A stretch of DNA of 37,460 nt from a virus. Lineage: Duplodnaviria; Caudoviricetes. The stretch's first letter is position 1. Each line of letters starts with the position of its first letter. Positions 33,914-37,460 of this stretch are shown piece after piece. The DNA is taken from the IMG/VR virus record IMGVR_UViG_3300032259_000009, positions 1 to 37,460 of that record, one strand, 5' to 3'. The notes below the pieces were generated by a model. It made no database searches. It saw nothing but the letters and a program-made list of their open reading frames with translations, and had not been told where the DNA came from. Both the position numbers and the translations under genes were made by a program.

Positions 33914-34909
33914 ATGAACCAGAAAAATCAGCTTAACCCATTCAGGACCGGAACAGAGCAGGCCGGCACCCTGGTCGAAATAGAGCAAAGCCGCGCCATT
34001 CAGGAAGTGCAGGCCGCAATGGTCATCGCCAAAAAATTCCCGCGCGATGAAGCAGTGGCAATGGACAGGATCTTAAAAACATGCACGCGTACAGCACTGG
34101 CAGATAAAGCAATGTACGCCTTTCCAAGAGGCAAGGAACTCGTCACCGGCCCGAGCATCCGGCTGGCTGAGGCTATTGCCCAGAATTGGGGCAATATCCA
34201 GTTTGGGATCCGCGAGCTTGAACAAGTAGAGGGTAATTCTACAGTTGAGGCCTTTGCCTGGGATCTGGAAACCAATACGCGACAAGCAAAGGTATTCCAG
34301 GTCGCGCATATCAGGTCAACCAGAAACGGAAATAAAAAGCTGACTGATCCGCGTGATATCTACGAAATGACGGCAAACCAAGGTGCCAGGCGTTTGCGTT
34401 CTTGTATCCTTGGCGTTATCCCTGGTGATGTTATTGATGTAGCTGTGCGGCAGTGTGAGATCACTCTGGCATCTAATAGCGGAACAACCGAGGAAGCCAT
34501 GAAAAAGGTGATTGAGCATTTTGCCAAGGTTTGTGTTACGCCTGAAATGATCGAAAAACGGCTTGGGCATAATATCGCAGCAACAACCCAAACTGAGATT
34601 GTTAATCTCAGGAAGATATATCGGTCATTGCGCGACAACATGGCCAAGGTCGAAGACTTTTTCGGGCCTGGAGCCGGTAAGCCAGAAGTAGATATACCTG
34701 TCGGCAAATCAGAAACAGCCGTTTCAGACAGCACACAAGAGGCGTCACCAACCTATGCTGAGATAGCTAAATATCTGAACGATGCCAGTACCGCCAATGA
34801 AGCTGATGAAGCCGCCACCTTTATCGGTGAAATCAAGGATGAAAAACAGCGCCAGGAACTGATTGACCTATACGATAAGTGCCGATCGGAGATTGATAAC
34901 AATGAGTAA
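33914..34909 (+). CDS. Putative single-strand annealing (recombination) protein
   Basis: AAGGAG RBS; EVQAAMVIAKKFPRDE…GPSIRLAEAIAQNWGN…AWDLETN; directly before an exonuclease gene. Confidence 0.65.
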   Translation: MNQKNQLNPFRTGTEQAGTLVEIEQSRAIQEVQAAMVIAKKFPRDEAVAMDRILKTCTRTALADKAMYAFPRGKELVTGPSIRLAEAIAQNWGNIQFGIRELEQVEGNSTVEAFAWDLETNTRQAKVFQVAHIRSTRNGNKKLTDPRDIYEMTANQGARRLRSCILGVIPGDVIDVAVRQCEITLASNSGTTEEAMKKVIEHFAKVCVTPEMIEKRLGHNIAATTQTEIVNLRKIYRSLRDNMAKVEDFFGPGAGKPEVDIPVGKSETAVSDSTQEASPTYAEIAKYLNDASTANEADEAATFIGEIKDEKQRQELIDLYDKCRSEIDNNE

Positions 34910-34939
34910 ATATGTCTACATCCAATACGGTGGTGATTA

Positions 34940-35527
34940 ATGGCAAGGCTTGTCTTTACCGAGGATCCGCACGAATACCACCTGGACGGCGTGCGGATCC
35001 CAAGCGTTACTGAAATTATCGGCATGCTGACTGATTTTAGCTTTGTGCCAAAGGATGTTTTGGAACGAGCCAGCACGTTTGGCCGGGCGGTTCACAAAGC
35101 TATTGAGTTGTATGAAAACGACGATCTCGACGAGTCGATGTTATCACTGCCACTGGTGCCCTATCTTGACCAGTACAAGCGTTTTGTATCAGAGACAGGG
35201 TTTACTGCCACACACACCGAGGAACGGGTTTATTCAGAACGCTACAGGTATGCCGGCACACTGGATCTTGCCGGTATGTTGAACCATCAGGACGCAATTA
35301 TCGATACTAAAACCGTGTCGGTATTGCACCCAGCTGTCGGGCTGCAGACCGCAGCCTATGATCATGCTTTCTGCGAAATGCACGGCTTAAAAAAAAGAAA
35401 GCGGCGTTTTGCCCTGCAGCTTTCAGACACTCGATACAGGCTGGTTGAATATAAAGACCAGCACGATTTCACTTACTTTGCAGCGGCTTTGTCGCTTCAC
35501 ACCTGGAGAAAAAACAATGGACAATGA
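34940..35527 (+). CDS. PD-(D/E)XK (RecB/Cas4-like) exonuclease
   Basis: IPSVT…G..VH…E…YAGTLD…IIDTKT…QTAAY. Confidence 0.85.
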   Translation: MARLVFTEDPHEYHLDGVRIPSVTEIIGMLTDFSFVPKDVLERASTFGRAVHKAIELYENDDLDESMLSLPLVPYLDQYKRFVSETGFTATHTEERVYSERYRYAGTLDLAGMLNHQDAIIDTKTVSVLHPAVGLQTAAYDHAFCEMHGLKKRKRRFALQLSDTRYRLVEYKDQHDFTYFAAALSLHTWRKNNGQ

Positions 35528-36257
35528 AACATTGATCCCCGCCGAAGTACAGGAACAGGCCGAGCAGGCCCAGGTCACACTGACGAACGCGCAGACCTTC
35601 AAAATTACTAATCATGATGATTACCGGGTTGCTGCCGCGCAGCTGGTAATGATTAAAGGCCGTTTTAATAAAGTTGAGGCAAGCCGCGTAAAACTGAAAG
35701 CGCCGGCACTGGAAACCTGCCGCCAGATCGATGCCTTTTTCAGGGAACCGCTAAAATTCCTGCGTGCCGCCGAAACAGCCATCAAAGGCGAAATGTCGCG
35801 CTTTTCAGATGAACAGGATCGCATTGCCCGCGAGGAACAGCGCAAGCGCGAAGAAGCCGAGCGCCAGCGCCAGGCAGAAATTGACCGCAAGCGGCGCGAG
35901 GATGAAGAGGCCGCAATGGCACTGGCCGAAGAAGCCGAGGCCAAGGGTGACCATGAAGCTGCGGCCGAAATTATCGAAGAAGTCTCAAACCCGCCACCAC
36001 CGGAACCAGCCCCGGCACCGGCACCAATCAGACAGGCACCGAAAGCCGATGGTATCCAGATGCGCGACAACTGGAAAGCCGAAGTTACCAACCTTGAGGC
36101 TTTAGTCAGGGCTGTTGCCACCGGCCAGGCACCCATCGCCACGCTGCAGGCTAATGACAAGGTGCTCGGGCAGACGGCACGGGCATTAAAGGGTACCGTC
36201 GAGTACCCGGGGGTTAGGTTCTATAACGACAAGACCATTGTTGCGTCATCACGATAA
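35517..36257 (+). CDS. Coiled-coil protein, Gam-like position in the recombination module
   Basis: GGAG RBS, ATG 35517; IDAFF.EP…AE..IK, charged coil, Pro linker, W.AEV…PGVRFY C-terminus. Confidence 0.7.
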   Translation: MDNETLIPAEVQEQAEQAQVTLTNAQTFKITNHDDYRVAAAQLVMIKGRFNKVEASRVKLKAPALETCRQIDAFFREPLKFLRAAETAIKGEMSRFSDEQDRIAREEQRKREEAERQRQAEIDRKRREDEEAAMALAEEAEAKGDHEAAAEIIEEVSNPPPPEPAPAPAPIRQAPKADGIQMRDNWKAEVTNLEALVRAVATGQAPIATLQANDKVLGQTARALKGTVEYPGVRFYNDKTIVASSR

Positions 36258-36316
36258 CCAATCATAAGTGCAGGATTGGCAGCAATTGAAGGTGGTACTG
36301 ACTGGAGGGTGAGGAA

Positions 36317-36478
36317 ATGTTTTATCTAGCACTAATGATTGCATTCATATATCTGGGACTTAGCGTTTTGTCGTATATAGAGAAAGACAATGGCTGGGTG
36401 AGGCCTTATTTTTCTTATCTTTTTCTTGCTAACTTATGGATGATCTGCGCCTGGTTTATTTATAACAGTGACGGTTAA
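36317..36478 (+). CDS. 53-aa two-TM membrane protein
   Basis: Very hydrophobic; GGAGG/GAGG RBS; the stop lies inside the 36-bp repeat. Confidence 0.6.
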   Translation: MFYLALMIAFIYLGLSVLSYIEKDNGWVRPYFSYLFLANLWMICAWFIYNSDG

Positions 36479-36857
36479 GCGTAAGGGGAAGCGGAAATGA
36501 ATAAGGAAGCGATTAAGTTGTGCGGTTGAGAATGAGGAGGAGCGACGAATGAGCAACCCGAACGAACGCCTTGTTATGTGTAAAGGTAAAAATTGCAACT
36601 CAGTTAATGGGCGAATGCACTCCAGAGAATGCAGGAGTGAGCACGATGCAGCAGTCTATTACGGCGCAGGCAATAGAAACCACTATGAGAGGTATCTAGG
36701 TTACAAGGGTAAACGATTACCAGAAAAGCATACACGAGACCAGTATTTTGCATGGTTGGAAGGGCGTAACGCCAGAGAAGACAGCTAACAGATAGATATA
36801 CAGAGTTATGATTCTTGGGCTGTGACGGTTAAGCGTAAGGGGAAGCGGAAATGAATA
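36468..36857 (+). repeat. 36-bp exact direct repeat (36468-36503, 36822-36857)
   Basis: GTGACGGTTAAGCGTAAGGGGAAGCGGAAATGAATA contains a TAA, an RBS and an ATG. Confidence 0.95.
36549..36788 (+). CDS. 79-aa Cys/His-containing hypothetical protein
   Basis: GAGGAGG RBS; C-x4-C…H-x3-C-x3-H. Confidence 0.7.
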   Translation: MSNPNERLVMCKGKNCNSVNGRMHSRECRSEHDAAVYYGAGNRNHYERYLGYKGKRLPEKHTRDQYFAWLEGRNAREDS

Positions 36858-37067
36858 TTGACGGACGAGGGGCAACAGTGGTGGGGGCGGATATCGTCCT
36901 GGGAAAGCATAGTCGCATCTGGAACATGCGGCTTGTGAACTGCGACATTGATGACTTGGACGCTACATACCCGTGGGCGAATAACTGCCAGTTTGAGGGG
37001 TGTAGGATGCGCAGCCAATGGGAGGCAGAACAAAAACTGACCGGCCAGCGCAGTCCAGGAATCTCCA
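36810..37067 (+). ncRNA. Copy 2 of the stem-UCCA element, enclosing an ORF
   Basis: GATTCTTGGGCTGTG(36810-24)/CGCAGTCCAGGAATC(37049-63) forms 15 bp, plus CGGTTA/TGACCG, then TCCA. Confidence 0.55.
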
Positions 37068-37072
37068 TATAG
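36851..37072 (+). CDS. 73-aa hypothetical protein inside the RNA element
   Basis: RBS and ATG come from the 36-bp repeat; the C-terminus and stop come from the stem-UCCA repeat. Confidence 0.5.
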   Translation: MNIDGRGATVVGADIVLGKHSRIWNMRLVNCDIDDLDATYPWANNCQFEGCRMRSQWEAEQKLTGQRSPGISI

Positions 37073-37370
37073 GTGAAGATATGAAAACAGAAAAAAGGGG
37101 TAGATAAATGGATGTAATTATTAATGGTATAAAATATATGCCTGAACGAAAGGTAACAAAAAAGAAAAGACCTTTTTCCGTTCTGCTGAGGGAAACCAGA
37201 AAGCTAAGTGGCGAGACTTTAGAAAAGGCGGCAAAAAGTTTAGGAGTTACGAAAAGTTACATATGGGAACTGGAGAAAGGCGGGGCAGCTCCAGGACTAG
37301 GGGTAGTGCAAAAAGCAATTAAGCACTATGGTATTACGTTTGATGAGATTGAAGACATATAGGTGAAGAT
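37066..37370 (+). repeat. 15-bp direct repeat CATATAGGTGAAGAT (37066-80, 37356-70) flanking the HTH gene
   Basis: Exact match; each copy supplies a TAG stop and an AGGTGA RBS. Confidence 0.85.
37108..37362 (+). CDS. XRE-family HTH protein
   Basis: LRETRK…TLEKAAKSLGVTKSYIWELEKG…P…HYGIT. Confidence 0.9.
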   Translation: MDVIINGIKYMPERKVTKKKRPFSVLLRETRKLSGETLEKAAKSLGVTKSYIWELEKGGAAPGLGVVQKAIKHYGITFDEIEDI

Positions 37371-37392
37371 GGCATGGAATTAAGGAGGCGAG

Positions 37393-37460
37393 ATGAAGAT
37401 TAAGAAAACTTTTACTATTGAAACAAGTGAAGAAGTTATGGATACATTTGAGCGGTTTTT
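37393..37460 (+). CDS. 5' part of the ORF that continues at position 1
   Basis: TAAGGAGG RBS; MKIKKTFTIETSEEVMDTFERF runs off the window end. Confidence 0.65.
   Translation, partial: MKIKKTFTIETSEEVMDTFERF

Noticed and set aside
34940-35527. CRISPR-associated Cas4
   Set aside because: It lacks the four-Cys Fe-S pattern, and its context next to an SSAP indicates a recombination exonuclease.
36462-36810. Integron attC-like sites (TAAC…GTTAT around the 79-aa gene; CGCCTTGTTAT also near 32896)
   Set aside because: Core-like boxes are present, but I could not build the internal L-box palindrome and there is no integron integrase. At most these are remnants.
36468-37370. CRISPR array or DGR template/variable repeats
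   Set aside because: The repeats are few, irregularly spaced and separated by genes. There is no cas operon or reverse transcriptase and no adenine-specific mismatch pattern.

Overview
The window looks like a complete, circularly permuted 37,460-bp dsDNA phage genome. It has P22-like podovirus morphogenesis genes and lambdoid regulation, and the host is probably Gram-negative. Joining base 37460 to base 1 restores both an intact ORF and a 12-bp RNA stem, which argues the junction is real. The minus strand (31.6 kb to 0.2 kb) carries cro, a replication initiator, a nin-like accessory block (RusA-like, Tad2/DUF2829-like, GapR-like), a Q-like antiterminator with pR'/tR', an extra fibre/spike module, TerS/TerL, portal, scaffold, capsid, adaptor, hub, tail fibre, three ejection proteins (the last a 2190-aa LPD38-type polyvalent protein with JAB/RadC and HExxH domains) and a lysis cassette. 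The plus strand (31.76 kb, wrapping to about 0.2 kb) is an early operon with small membrane proteins and lipoproteins, an SSAP/exonuclease/Gam-like recombination trio and small genes bracketed by repeats. No integrase or cI-type repressor was recognised. The most unusual signal is a thrice-repeated RNA element: a 12-15-bp G-U-rich stem closed by 3'-UCCA and followed by an RBS. It starts at the predicted early TSS and elsewhere encloses different inserts, including an ORF. Also notable are a RusA-like resolvase apparently split over two overlapping reading frames, a cI-less divergent switch with four 434-like operators, and a tail fibre with a signal-peptide-like N-terminus. All family assignments come from motif recognition by eye, not database searches.
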